Source: Lepidodermella squamata (taxonomy: Eukaryota > Animalia > Gastrotricha). From it: a stretch of 64,000 nucleotides of DNA. The stretch lies in the NCBI GenBank assembly GCA_047495785.1, contig JBLDXI010000003.1:1116001-1180000 (forward strand). The letters are read 5' to 3'. Made by a program: the position numbers and the translations under genes. The notes beneath the pieces were generated by a model that was given only the letters and a program-made list of their open reading frames with translations, was not told the DNA's origin and ran no database searches. This document shows positions 23,919 through 37,238 of the stretch, in pieces; within the stretch, counting starts at the first letter, position 1; each line of letters starts with the position of its first letter.

Positions 23919-26900
23919 AACCATGGCAGTCGAATAGAGGGCCCTCGTTTCTGTAACCCCGAAAGATTGCAAGCCTGCGGGGGCCCACGGTTTAGCGGCT
24001 ATGACGCGTCAAAAACGCCCATTTGGCTCCATGGCTTGAAAAGTACTGTGTTTTCAGGGGTGTTTTGCGGCCAGTTTTCAATGCCAGGGAACCTTTCCTT
24101 CGGGTTTTAACCATGACAGTCGAATAGAGGGCCCTCAGTTCTGTAACCCCGAAAGATTGCAAGCCTGCGGGGGCCCAGGGTTCAGCGGTTATGACGCGTC
24201 AAAAACGCCAAACTCTCGCGATTGCTCGCATTTTGGGCTGACTTTGCGGCCAGTTTTCAATGCCGGGGAACCTTTCCTTCAGGTTTTAACCATGACAGTC
24301 GAATAGAGGGCCCTCGATTCTGTAACCCCGAAAGATTGCAAGCCCGCGGAGCCCAGGGTTCAGCGGTTATGACGCGTCAAAAACGCCAAACTCTCGCGAT
24401 TGCTCGCATTTTGGGCTGACTTTGCGGCCAGTTTTCAATGCCAGGGAACCTTTCCTTCGGGTTTTAACCATGACAGTCGAATAGAGGGCCCTCGGTTCTG
24501 TAACCCCGAAACATTTCAAGCCCGCGGGGCCCACGGTTTAGCGGCTATGAAGCGTCAAAAACGCCCATTTGGCTCAATGGCTTGAAAGGTACTGTGTTTT
24601 CAGGGGTGTTTTGCGGCCAGTTTTCAATGCCGGGAAACCTTTCCTTAGGGTTTTAACCATGACAGTCGAATAGAGGGCCCTCAGTTCTGTAACCCCGAAA
24701 GATTGCAAGCCTGCGGGGGCCCACAGTTCAGCGGTTATGACGCGTCAAAAACGCCAAACTCTCGCGATTGCTCGCATTTTGGGCTGACTTTGCGGCCAGT
24801 TTTCAATGCCGGGAAACCTTTCCTTAGGGTTTTAACCATGACAGTCGAATAGAGGGCCCTCAGTTCTGTAACCCCGAAAGATTGCAAGCCTGCGGGGGCC
24901 CAGGGTTCAGCGGTTATGACGCGTCAAAAACGCCAAACTCTCGCGATTGCTCGCATTTTGGGCTGACTTTGCGGCCAGTTTTCAATGCCAGGGAACCTTT
25001 CCTTCGGGTTTTAACCATGACAGTCGAATAGAGGGCCCTCGGTTCTGTAACCCCGAAACATTTCAAGCCCGCGGGGCCCACGGTTTAGCGGCTATGAAGC
25101 GTCAAAAACGCCCATTTGGCTCAATGGCTTGAAAGGTACTGTGTTTTCAGGGGTGTTTTGCGGCCAGTTTTCAATGCCGGGAAACCTTTCCTTAGGGTTT
25201 TAACCATGACAGTCGAATAGAGGGCCCTCAGTTCTGTAACCCCGAAAGATTGCAAGCCTGCGGGGGCCCAGGGTTCAGCGGTTATGACGCGTCAAAAACG
25301 CCAAACTCTCGCGATTGCTCGCATTTTGGGCTGACTTTGCGGCCAGTTTTCAATGCCAGGGAACCTTTCCTTCGGGTTTTAACCATGACAGTCGAATAGA
25401 GGGCCCTCGGTTCTGTAACCCCGAAACATTTCAAGCCCGCGGGGCCCACGGTTTAGCGGCTATGAGGCGTCAAAAACGCTCATTTGGCTCAATGGCTTGA
25501 AAGGTACTGTGTTTTCAGGGGTGTTTTGCGGCCAGTTTTCAATGCCGGGAAACCTTTCCTTAGGGTTTTAACCATGACAGTCGAATAGAGGGCCCTCAGT
25601 TCTGTAACCCCGAAAGATTGCAAGCCTGCGGGGGCCCACAGTTCAGCGGTTATGACGCGTCAAAAACGCCCATTTGGCTCCATGGCTTGAAAAGTACTGT
25701 GTTTTCAGGGGTGTTTTGCGGCCAGTTTTCAATGCCAGGGAACCTTTCCTTCGGGTTTTAACCATGACAGTCGAATAGAGGGCCCTCAGTTCTGTAACCC
25801 CGAAAGATTGCAAGCCTGCGGGGGCCCAGGGTTCAGCGGTTATGACGCGTCAAAAACGCCAAACTCTCGCGATTGCTCGCATTTTGGGCTGACTTTGCGG
25901 CCAGTTTTCAATGCCGGGGAACCTTTCCTTCAGGTTTTAACCATGACAGTCGAATAGAGGGCCCTCGATTCTGTAACCCCGAAAGATTGCAAGCCCGCGG
26001 AGCCCAGGGTTCAGCGGTTATGACGCGTCAAAAACGCCAAACTCTCGCGATTGCTCGCATTTTGGGCTGACTTTGCGGCCAGTTTTCAATGCCGGGGAAC
26101 CTTTCCTTCAGGTTTTAACCATGACAGTCGAATAGAGGGCCCTCGATTCTGTAACCCCGAAAGATTGCAAGCCTGCGGAGCCCAGGGTTCAGCGGTTATG
26201 ACGCGTCAAAAACGCCAAACTCTCGCGATTGCTCGCATTTTGGGCTGACTTTGCGGCCAGTTTTCAATGCCAGGGAACCTTTCCTTCGGGTTTTAACCAT
26301 GACAGTCGAATAGAGGGCCCTCGGTTCTGTAACCCCGAAACATTTCAAGCCCGCGGGGCCCACGGTTTAGCGGCTATGAAGCGTCAAAAACGCCCATTTG
26401 GCTCAATGGCTTGAAAGGTACTGTGTTTTCAGGGGTGTTTTGCGGCCAGTTTTCAATGCCGGGAAACCTTTCCTTAGGGTTTTAACCATGACAGTCGAAT
26501 AGAGGGCCCTCAGTTCTGTAACCCCGAAAGATTGCAAGCCTGCGGGGGCCCACAGTTCAGCGGTTATGACGCGTCAAAAACGCCCATTTGGCTCCATGGC
26601 TTGAAAAGTACTGTGTTTTCAGGGGTGTTTTGCGGCCAGTTTTCAATGCCAGGGAACCTTTCCTTAGGGTTTTAACCATGACAGTCGAATAGAGGGCCCT
26701 CAGTTCTGTAACCCCGAAAGATTGCAAGCCTGCGGGGGCCCACAGTTTAGCGGTTATGACGCGTCAAAAACGCCCATTTGGCTCCATGGCTTGAAAAGTA
26801 CTGTGTTTTCAGGGGTGTTTTGCGGCCAGTTTTCAATGCCAGGGAACCTTTCCTTCGGTTTTTAACCATGACAGTCGAATAGAGGGCCCTCAGTTCTGTA

Positions 26901-28045
26901 ACCCCGAAAGATTGCAAGCCTGCGGGGGCCCAGGGTTCAGCGGTTATGACGCGTCAAAAACGCCCATTTGGCTCCATGGCTTGAAAAGTACTGTGTTTTC
27001 AGGGGTGTTTTGCGGCCAGTTTTCAATGCCAGGGAACCTTTCCTTCGGGTTTTAACCATGACAGTCGAATAGAGGGCCCTCAGTTCTGTAACCCCGAAAG
27101 ATTGCAAGCCTGCGGGGGCCCAGGGTTCAGCGGTTATGACGCGTCAAAAACGCCAAACTCTCGCGATTGCTCGCATTTTGGGCTGACTTTGCGGCCAGTT
27201 TTCAATGCCAGGGAACCTTTCCTTCGGGTTTTAACCATGACAGTCGAATAGAGGGCCCTCAGTTCTGTAACCCCGAAAGATTGCAAGCCTGCGGGGGCCC
27301 ACAGTTCAGCGGTTATGACGCGTCAAAAACGCCAAACTCTCGCGATTGCTCGCATTTTGGGCTGACTTTGCGGCCAGTTTTCAATGCCAGGGAACCTTTC
27401 CTTCGGGTTTTAACCATGACAGTCGAATAGAGGGCCCTCAGTTCTGTAACCCCGAAAGATTGCAAGCCTGCGGGGGCCCAGGGTTCAGCGGTTATGACGC
27501 GTCAAAAACGCCCATTTGGCTCCATGGCTTGAAAAGTACTGTGTTTTCAGGGGTGTTTTGCGGCCAGTTTTCAATGCCGGGAAACCTTTCCTTAGGGTTT
27601 TAACCATGACAGTCGAATAGAGGGCCCTCAGTTCTGTAACCCCGAAAGATTGCAAGCCTGCGGGGGCCCAGGGTTCAGCGGTTATGACGCGTCAAAAACG
27701 CCCATTTGGCTCCATGGCTTGAAAAGTACTGTGTTTTCAGGGGTGTTTTGCGGCCAGTTTTCAATGCCAGGGAACCTTTCCTTCGGGTTTTAACCATGAC
27801 AGTCGAATAGAGGGCCCTCAGTTCTGTAACCCCGAAAGATTGCAAGCCTGCGGGGGCCCAGGGTTCAGCGGTTATGACGCGTCAAAAACGCCAAACTCTC
27901 GCGATTGCTCGCATTTTGGGCTGACTTTGCGGCCAGTTTTCAATGCCGGGGAACCTTTCCTTCAGGTTTTAACCATGACAGTCGAATAGAGGGCCCTCGA
28001 TTCTGTAACCCCGAAAGATTGCAAGCCCGCGGAGCCCAGGGTTCG
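23919..28045. repeat. Tandem satellite: 22 full monomers plus a partial one, two monomer types (178-179 bp and 189-190 bp)
   Basis: Each unit starts AACCATG(A/G)CAGTCGAATAGAGGGCCCTC. Starts at 23919, 24109, 24288, 24466, 24655 ... 27792, 27971. Confidence 0.97.
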
Positions 28046-28160
28046 ATCACGGAAAACAATTGGCACAATAAAATCCAGTTTTTTTGCGAAAAATGTCTTC
28101 GGTTATTCCATAAATAGATCAAATTTATTGAGATTCAATTGAGCCATGGGAAAAATATAT

Positions 28161-31100
28161 TCAAATCGAATTATTAGTGAACCAAAACGAGTGTTTCGAT
28201 CCGATTTCGAGAAGTTCAGCATTTTTCGCCTCATCACTATACAGCGGCTTCGCGATTCGAATTCCACCGCCAGATCCACGCATCAGTGGTGAAATGAACG
28301 GGCATTTTTGAACCAGGTCGTAATTGGCCTCATCCAAACTCGAGAGCGACTTCTCCATCGGAACGAACAAAACGTCCGTTCCTTGCGATTTCAAGTCGAT
28401 AACAGCCCGAGCCATCGCAGAGTCGAAAATTTGCCGTAATTCTCCCGAATTTTTCTCAGATTTTCGGACAAAAATTGGATAGGCCCAGCGCATTTGCCAC
28501 GGTCGAGTGAATGACACGGGCTTTTCGAAAACCGATGGTAGGATAAAGCCGAGAAACGTCAGAATCCATTGTAGCATTTTGAGATAAAATGGCACAGCCA
28601 CTATTCCCATTTTCTCGCCGTGAGCCCATACATTGATTGCAATCTAAAAATTATTGATAAAAATTATCAACTCATGTTTTTTTGAATTTGTTAATCAAAT
28701 TTAGAAATTTAGAAATAATTTCAAAATTTGAATAAAAATGCTAGTTTAGTTTCAGCGAAAATCTGAGTCGAAAATCGAAGAAAAACACGTTTTCAATCAA
28801 GGTTCTTAAAACTGAGATACGATCATGGGGCAGCATGCGAAAGAGCATATAAAAAGTAGAGTTTACGATGGGTGCTAATTCGAATAATAGCTGGACAAGC
28901 GATAACGAGCAGCAAATGAAACCAATCCAGTTCCTGACAGTGCGGCCTCTGCCGCGCCAAAAAATTCGAACGCGATTGTCAGCCTTTTGCAATCGTTCGA
29001 CAAGAAGGCTGTAATCACTTTCATAAAATAGGACATCGCCGTTCATCACATGAACCACCACACTGAGTCTTGGTCTCCTCTTCAACAGTGCCGGGGAGGC
29101 TGGGAGGCTAAACATCTTCTCGCTTCGTTCAGCCGCGCTAAGAAGCGCCGCTCACCGTTTTTTAGCATTCAAAAATATCATTTTCGATAAGAAATCCAGC
29201 CCGGCGGATTTGGCCCCGCCGATTTTCATGAATTCGCCAACATGCTTCGCAGACTATAAGTGGGTGTTACACGCATTGCTACTTGTTCCTATCTATCAGT
29301 TTTCTATTTTAAAAGTTATACAGCGGAATTTTCGAATGAGCAGCGATTTGACGCGGCATTTCAAAAGAGTATCTCTAATGCGGCGCACCAAACTAAGCAT
29401 TTTTGCCGTTTTCTGAAACAGCACGTCGTTCTGCCTGGCTATGACGAATTCGGACTTGAAAGTTATTATGGCCAACTCTTTCGCTTCATCACAGGTCCCA
29501 ACGGCGATGCTCTGACGTCAGACAGCAAAAAGAGTTCTCACTAACGAGCGCTTCCTATCGGTTCCTACCACCATCGAAGGCGGCGAAGCGTTCATCCCGG
29601 CGACAAGGTGCGCGATTTCGAATATGAAAATTACGAAGTGAAAGCCTTTGTTGATTCTTCTTATTCGGAATATGGCTACAAGAGCCATTTCATCAAGGTA
29701 TTGCTTGATGCTATATTCAAGTGTAATTTCATTGAATCTCGATACTTCATTTAGTTTACACCGATATAGCGAAGGACAGATTAGATGGCGACTTAATAGC
29801 GAAAATTAAGGTGGACCACAATTAAGGTGCCGCTCAGTGAAGTTCCACGCGTCTTTCATCAAATCGATGCCGACTGAGGCTGTTGTGGCTAAACACACGC
29901 GCGCAGCCGAGCTTTATCATTACTTCGAGCGCAACTAAAAATCGAGCGAATTAAATTGAGAAGGGTTCGCCGAGAGCGTAACGTGTGATTGTACTACGTC
30001 TGAATTCAAATTTCTCAAAATTATTGCTGTTTATTTCTCAACTTATGCTCCTAAAAATACTATGTCTCTTTTTTGCAATTATCTCCACAAAATGATCGAT
30101 AAGAAAATTTATTCTACGAGTACCTACTTGTTGGGGATTTTAATCTCCCTGGTTTCGACTGGAAAAATTTCACCATCGTAGGAATCGTTAGAAACTAATC
30201 CCTGAAGATGGTTATCGAGTATAACCGAAACGTTGGAATAAATGCGTTACGTTTCATAAACAACAGTTACTCAAAGAACTTGTAATACGGCAAATCGTAA
30301 GAATTTAAAATATAAGGGCTTTGCTGACTTCATGCTGACAAACAACTTGAAGCAATTGGTTAGCTCAATTCCGGGCCCATATTAGTTCCGTCCAGTCGGA
30401 GGGTAAAAGTGGACTTAGCGCAAAACGCGCAAAACGCGCAAAAGTCGAAATTTTTAGAAATTTCAAGGCCGCGTGCGGTAAAGTCAAAGGGTAAGTTTTG
30501 ATTATTTAGGCGGTTTTTATACCAAAAGAAAGTTCAGAAAATTCTCTATAGAATAGATATGGATTTCTCGCGTGAAAAATGAACGAAAATACGGTTACCG
30601 CACATCCTAACTTTTGAGACGCGAGTGCGCGCGCTCTCAACTCGCGCGCAACATTTAGGTGCACGTAAAACTTTTTTATTTTAATTTTTTCGAGCGAGAA
30701 CCCCATATTCAATCGATAGAGAATTGTCTGAATTATGTTTTGGTATAAAAACCGACGCGATATTTGAAAGTAACCCTTTAGCATCTTTGCGCGCGGTTTT
30801 ATATTTGTTAAAAATCAGGACTTGGCTTTTGCGCATAAGTTGAATTATTTTTAACAAATATAAAACCGCGCGCAAAGATGCTAAAGGGTTACTTTCAAAT
30901 ATCGCGTCGGTTTTTATACCAAAACATAATTCAGACAATTCTCTATCGATTGAATATGGGGTTCTCGCTCGAAAAAATTAAAATAAAAAAGTTTTACGTG
31001 CACTCTAAATTCCGCGCTTTGACCAGGAACGTGCATACGCGTAAATGAAAAGTTGGAGTGCTCGTAAAACCTGTTAATTCAAATTTTTCTCGCCAGAAAC

Positions 31101-34100
31101 CCATATTCATTTGATAGAGAATTATTTAAGCTTCATTTTGGAATAAAGACCGCTAGGATATTCGAAAATAGCCCTTTGACATCAGCGCGCGCGGCCAAAA
31201 TGTTGTTTAAAATTTCGACTTGGCGTTTTGCGCTAAGTCCACTTTTACCCTCCAATTGCGCAACCGACGCTTGGGGGCCGGACGGAACTAATATGGGCCC
31301 GGAATTGAGCAATTGGTTACAGGTATCAAGAGACCTAAAACTAAAAATCTCTTGGATCTTATTACTACGCGATGTTCTGATTTAGTCTCAGAAATCAAAA
31401 TAGAGGAACCATCAGCGTGGTCATTGCGTTCTCGCTTTCAAGATTAATCAAGCTTTCTCGTTTGACAACCCTATCAATTCTGTCAAATCAAAATTCAGCT
31501 TCTAAAAAGGTGATTACGCTAGTTTCTCTGCATTTCTTTCTTCCTTCGAATGAGAACAACTATTTTGCTGTTTGTCGACGGTGGATCGGTGGATCCTTCC
31601 TCATCTCGGTTCTTTATTCCGGTATAAAATCCTTTATTCCAATAAAAAACTCCTATCAAATCACCTCGCCGAGTGCCATAGGAAACTGTGGAGCTGCGAC
31701 GGCTCTGGTACGGGGCTCACAATTACCCGCATGCGCCAAAACGTCTTTGAAGCACGCATACTAACTGGGGCTTTCGCTGGGAACTTGGCGAAAATTCCGT
31801 GAATACCACTAATCTCCGACCAGGAAGGAGTGCCAATCTCTATTCGCCGTCGCCAGTTTCCGGTACGGTTGGCTTTCTGTTGCTCGATCAATAAAAGTCA
31901 GGGTTAAACTTTTCAGTTCGTTAGTGTCTCTCTACATCGCAGTGAGGTCTTCTCCCACAGTCAACTATACGTTGCCCTATCCCGCGTCACCGACCCCCAA
32001 ATCGTCAACTGCTATCAACTCAGTTGCTGATGCTGATCAATTCCAGCTGAGTTCTTAATTCTATAATTCAACTAAGATTAGGGCTGAGAAATTCGAGCCG
32101 TCAACTCTGCTTAGACAAAAATAGGTCATAATATTCCGGTCGACTTATGGCGAGTCTTCGAGAACAATTCGAAAAATGAGTCAGATCGTAAAGAATTGAC
32201 CAGAGCGGATATATTATTCAGTGAAAAAGTAGGAAGGTGCACGTCGTCAACAAATTTCTCCGAATAAATGGATGAAGTTAAATCTCAGTTCTCATCTCTC
32301 AAGATTCGAGGCGTAGATAAAAGAAATAAAAAAAGATGATACAATCATCACGGAAGAACTCGAAAAGGACAGCCTATCTTTTGATGAGCCTGTATAGGGC
32401 AGGAGAGCAAGTTGGTGCACATGGTCAGGGATATATTGGCGCTGTGTTCAAGCGGTGGGCAAAACGCCCTGATGGCGAGCCTGCTGAGCTCTGGTGCAAC
32501 GAATGCGAGATCGATACTCATTCGACAGAAGTCCGCTGCTTTGCCAAACGCCGCCGGTTGGATCGTCCGCCAAGCCGGGGTCGGGGCTATCGGTTCTACT
32601 AGTCCACTCTCCACCGCAAAATAAGTATACCAAGGTTGGAGTTAGCCATCGGAACGTGTGGCGTTTCTCAAACTCCATGTTCGAGTTGAAAAACGACTCG
32701 CGAGTGATCCTCGACTAAATTGCGGTCAACACCTTCAAGCCAGCTAACTCTGGGTCAAAGCTTTACGCTCGCATCACCGAACGGATTAACAAGTTTTGGG
32801 ACGAACTGGATCACAACGAGCTGACCTCCATCAAATTTCTTGATTCAGTGTTCCACTGTCTCTCCGAGCTGAAGGAGAAGAAACATCGGCAAAAGGAGGA
32901 CTTCGGCGAGCTTGCTCCGCAAATTGCTGATTTAGCTGAGAATCTCTACCTCAACACTTCGCGCAATTCCCAACTCGATGAATCAATCCTAATTGACGAG
33001 GAAGTTCTTACATCTCAGCAAGCTCGTTTTGTGCGTTACATTTGCGAACATTTGCCACTGACCTACCATGTTATCGATCATCACCCAGAAGAACGAGAGC
33101 ATGGGCGGCTGGTGGGACCTCGATTTGGTATAGTGCCCCTACGCTCAACTCACTTTCTTGAAACTTTGAAGAAGAGATGATGTCAGCAGTTGTTGTCATT
33201 TTTCGCTCTGTATGGGTTGTCTATAATTATTTGTATATTTTAAAATTGCAAAATTATTTTCAGAATATATTTTAGCGTAACGAAATTTTTCTGTTACGGA
33301 ACCTAATTTTAGATAAGAAAAAGGTCGATTTTCGAATATTTCCACGAAATTAAGGCAATTTATGAATTCTATTGTGAAGAGTGCGTCTTATACAGCATTT
33401 CACGCTGAATTTAAAGGTAAGCTATTTTAATTTGAGCCGATCAATCATGACATCTTTTTAAGCTTCGAAAATAGGGTTAAGGCACATCGAAAATTCCAAA
33501 ATTTGGTTCCGCTTACAGCCAATTTTGGTTCCGCTAAAAGTAAGACCCAATTATTTCATTTGTGATTCTAAAAATGAATCGGCTACTCAAGTGGTGATTC
33601 CATTTTTAGAATACATATTCAATTATTCAAAAAATCGTATAAGACGTTCCAATATATATGGTTCCAAACATTTCAAAAACTTGAAATTTTTAGGAACCAT
33701 GGGACCATCAAACAATATTTCATCGCCCAAACTTTTTCCGAGTGACGTACCTGATTTTCGCCTTGGGTAGCCAGAAATACGTTCGATTCGTAGATGTCTT
33801 CATTGTTTTGCGGGAACAGAAATGACTCGCCATAATTCTTGCGCAAGAAATCGCGCGATTGCACTGAATCTAGTTTCTCAACTTTCAAAGACTCTCGGGC
33901 CAATTTCCCAACCCGGTAATCGGCAGTGTGGCCAACATTGATGCCATAGAAATGACACTGATCGAAAAATTGATAGCCGTGCTTTTCGAAGAGGCGGAAA
34001 CTCGGCGTGTTATCCAAGGCGAGAGAGTCGAAAATGAATTTCACGCCGTGTTCGTCACGCAACCGCCGTTCCATGTCGCTGATCAGCCGACTGGCGTAAC

Positions 34101-36645
34101 CGCCGCGACGCTGGCTTGGGTCGACCCGCAGCGACAAGACCCAGGCAGCTTTTTCGTAACGGCCGTCGGAGAATCGAACTGTTCGGATTACACTAGATAG
34201 CGTAGCGACAACGCGGCCGTCCTAAGAAGCAAAATTGAAACAAAATATAGTAATATTTTTGCGCCATAACTTCATGGAAACTCGTTTTGGCCTCATTTAA
34301 TTGAACGCTACTCAATCGGTGCTTAGCCAGAGCACGCGATCAAAATGCCGTCATGCGGTTTTACGTTAGATTCACGTGTTAGATTCATAGCCTTCACGTG
34401 ATAAGTGTGCGGCGTCACACCACGTGGCAATATATGGTTTTTTACTGAATGATTTGCCTATAAAAGCGATAAATAACTACTGAAATAATGTTGTGCTCAT
34501 TTATGCCACAAACCCATGCAAATTTTCCAAAAGACGTTGCAACGCTGTATGACAGGTCATTCAAAACCCAGAACGTTCACTTGGCTCATCATTTAGCAGA
34601 TAAAGTGCAGTCTCACGTTCGCCTTAGCAATTATTCTGCTTCTGGTATCGAGGGATTCATCGCTCATTTCGAGCAGGGAACTCGGCTTCAAGCTGAGTAA
34701 ATTTCACGATTTGTTCTGCTATAAATGTACCAATGTACTAAATACTGTTGCTTCTTCGCCTATGCCGTGCGAACAATTTTCGACGTTGTATGTTCTGTTG
34801 AAACAACACAACCTTTTGCGGTCAGTCGTGAACTTGAAATATCACAACAGGATGTTTTACTTTCAGTTATCAAGAGAGCTGGGTCGTTCAATTGGGCACC
34901 CAAATCCCACAAACTTCTATACGAGTGTTTTTCTGACCTGAACTCGTTGCTGCAACAAGGAGGTCGAATATTCCGTCAGCTTTCGTCATTATGCTCTCAA
35001 AAAGTCGAGAAATCGCGCGGCCTTTATATCGAACCTGAGGAAGTGCAACTTTCCGGTGGCACTGGCTATTACATTCCGTTCGAAACTTCGTTGGCTAATA
35101 TCCTCTCTCAAAAATCAGTCCAAGATCAGATTCGAAATCCACCAGAATTTCGTGATAACTTTATCGCTGATTTTTCTCACGGTGCATTTTATAAAAAGAT
35201 TTTACAGCAGCTACATCAAGACCGTTGTTTAGTCATACTATTGCATGTTGATGATTTTGGCCTAACCAACGCTATTGGCTCAGCTCGTGCCCCCCCCCCC
35301 CCAAAGGCTTTTTTCTTCTTTTTTCTACAAAATATATTTTGAAAAGGTAAGTTGAACCTATGAATGTATTTTTTCACTGTTGCCATGAATCTTGCTGTTT
35401 TAGACCAGCCCCTGGTTCGCTCTACTTGAATTATTTGCTGAAGGGGTGACAATTTTTCAGTGGAAACTGGCAAATCCGCTCCATTCCGTGACGGCGACCA
35501 TCTCTTCACGCGAACTGGCAAGCGTCAAAGGGCTTCATATGAAGTGGTGGCAAGATGGCTATCGGCAGCCTGCTACGACGACCTAGTCAACTCGTTCCAG
35601 GTTTGCGGCATCACTTCAAAAGATATCACCGACTTCCACTCCCGGCTACGCCAACTGATCGAAAACGAAAATTCTGGCGACGAAGCCTTGGACCTGGAAC
35701 CAACCGACGTTACCGACGACGAGAGCGAAATTGGATATATCGACGAATAAAAATGTACTATTGTTTTAAATTTTCAAATTAATTTTTACGTTGTCATTGC
35801 CGGCGCAGCATTTCTATCAAATCCGCCCCTCGACTACTCGTCGTCAAGCCCGTTTGAACCGATATGGCAGCTAGTTAGAGTTATTTTTACTGAAAATGGC
35901 GCCATAAAAATTCTGGCTCAGCGGCTATTTCCCCCGAGAGGAGTCAACTCAATTAGCGCAACATTCTAAATAACGAGCCTCCTTAATAGTCGAGTGAATA
36001 TCCTTAAATATGGTGGCCATACTCATCTAATCAGTGGGATTTCAGTTACGGACGGAAACCGCTGTTCATCTGCTACATAGTAGACAAAAAGTAGCACTGT
36101 CAAACTTCATGAGGGATGTGAATTGCCCTGGTATGAATTTATCTCAGCGGCCATAGTTTGCAGGGTGATACGCTGCATTCAGGCATGTACATTTCAACTC
36201 GTGAGATGTGAAAATTTCAAATTCGAATTTTTTGCCATGTTCAGAGTTTTTCAATTTTATGCGAAAAAAAGTTATTTTAATGTTCAAATGGTTGATACGG
36301 ATAAAAATGTTATGTTAACAATGAATTTGACGAGGGCTAATGTATATTTCAAACGAAAATCACGACAAATAAAGCTTTTTGACAGCTCGTAAACCACGGA
36401 AAATGAACGGTAAATATTATGGGAAAACACGGTAAAAAGGGCAAACGCTTTGTAAATTTTACCTGATTTTCTGCGACCAAAACGATTCTGTTCGGGAAAT
36501 TGAAAGCTCGAGGTCGTGGATTTTTCGGGTCATTCGCCGCGAAATAAAAGCGTATCAGCGAGCCCTGGGCACATTCACGCTCGAGCCGATCGATTTCAAG
36601 AAAGTCACTCAAATCGTCATCACGGCACAATCGAACCGCTTGCAT
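28161..36645 (-). CDS. HLS1-like GNAT, copy 3 (378 aa, three exons: 36463-36645, 33751-34221, 28161-28643)
   Basis: Phase-0 GT-AG junctions ...VAENQ|DGRVVATL... and ...TQGENQ|IAINVW... The joined protein is collinear with copy 4. Confidence 0.85.
30196..30240 (+). ncRNA. Minimal hammerhead ribozyme motif of the Penelope-like-element type
   Basis: TAATCC-CTGAAGA-T-GGTTAT(CGAGT)ATAACC-GAAAC-GTT-GGAATA: conserved core, perfect 6-bp stem II, palindromic AACGTT stem III, imperfect stem I. Confidence 0.65.
30290..31440 (+). mobile_element. LINE (CR1-like) AP-endonuclease fragment interrupted by a foldback element
   Basis: Removing 30363-31319 restores FADFMLTNNLKQLVTGIKRPKTKNLLDLITT...IEEP. Confidence 0.7.
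30363..31310. mobile_element. Foldback / Mutator-like non-autonomous element with 9-bp TSD
   Basis: 31-bp TIR GCTCAATTCCGGGCCCATATTAGTTCCGTCC. TSD AATTGGTTA at 30354-30362 and 31311-31319. Second inverted pair at 30398-30428 and 31223-31253. Central ~350-bp palindrome at 30659-31003. Confidence 0.9.
31660..32010 (+). mobile_element. Helitron Pif1-like helicase C-terminal fragment (inactive)
   Basis: EARILTG...IRRRQFPVRLAFCCSINKSQG*TF...EVFSHSQLYVALSRV, with in-frame stops. Confidence 0.85.
32268..32602 (+). mobile_element. Possible gag-like fragment with a degenerate zinc knuckle
   Basis: CNECEIDTHSTEVRC followed by a basic RGRG tract. Confidence 0.3.
34725..35290 (+). mobile_element. EnSpm/CMC-like transposase fragment
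   Basis: YIPFETSLANIL...DFSHGAFYK...LVILLHVDDFGLTNAIGS, truncated at a poly-C tract. Confidence 0.6.
35460..35750 (+). mobile_element. pogo/Tigger-like transposase C-terminal fragment
   Basis: TRTGKRQRASYEVVARWLSAA...NSFQVCGIT plus an acidic tail. Confidence 0.65.
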
Positions 36646-37238
36646 TTATTACCAGGATAAAATAAATATTCGGAATTAATTTATTCTAAAAAAATCAAAC
36701 ATCGAAATGTGAAATAAATCCTGGATCACAGTCTAAAATATACCAAAAATCCTGAAAATTAACCAAGTCGCAAAAGTAAATATTTTTCGTGTTTTTATTC
36801 GATAACTGGCTGAAAAACGTCAAATAAAAATTGAATTCAAATTTTTATCAATATTTTATTACACATTTTTGCATATCACTGGGTTCGACATTTGACACAA
36901 ATTTTTTCACTTCATTTACATACATTATTGAAACCTCGCAACTTTCAACGAATATTTTATATAGAACTAAAAGAGCAGCTGCAACGCGTGAAGAAAAGAT
37001 AATAGTTATAAGGTGTATAGAATAATAATAACAATTCAAGTCTCAAAATGAAGCAAAAAATCATGGCCTGAAGTATAATAATAACATCAATCATTCTCAG
37101 TCAATTAGAATTTTCCCGGAAGGAAAAATTTTAATTGAGCCATTTTACAACAAAATTTAATTTTTTTCTGAAAATAATTTAAGAGGAATTTTGTATTTTT
37201 TTCTGTTGTAAAATGGCTGGTTATTTTTAATTTATTTT

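Noticed and set aside
23919-28045. CRISPR-like repeat/spacer array, and the many 61-87 aa MLAFWADFAAS ORFs
   Set aside because: The constant part is ~140 bp, the variable part has only two alleles, there are no cas genes and the context is eukaryotic. The ORFs are by-products of the satellite with non-ATG starts.
28741-29940. ORFs of 124, 68 and 94 aa in copy-3 intron 2 as nested host genes
   Set aside because: Interrupted by stops with no coherent exon chain. Probably decayed TE coding sequence that I could not assign.
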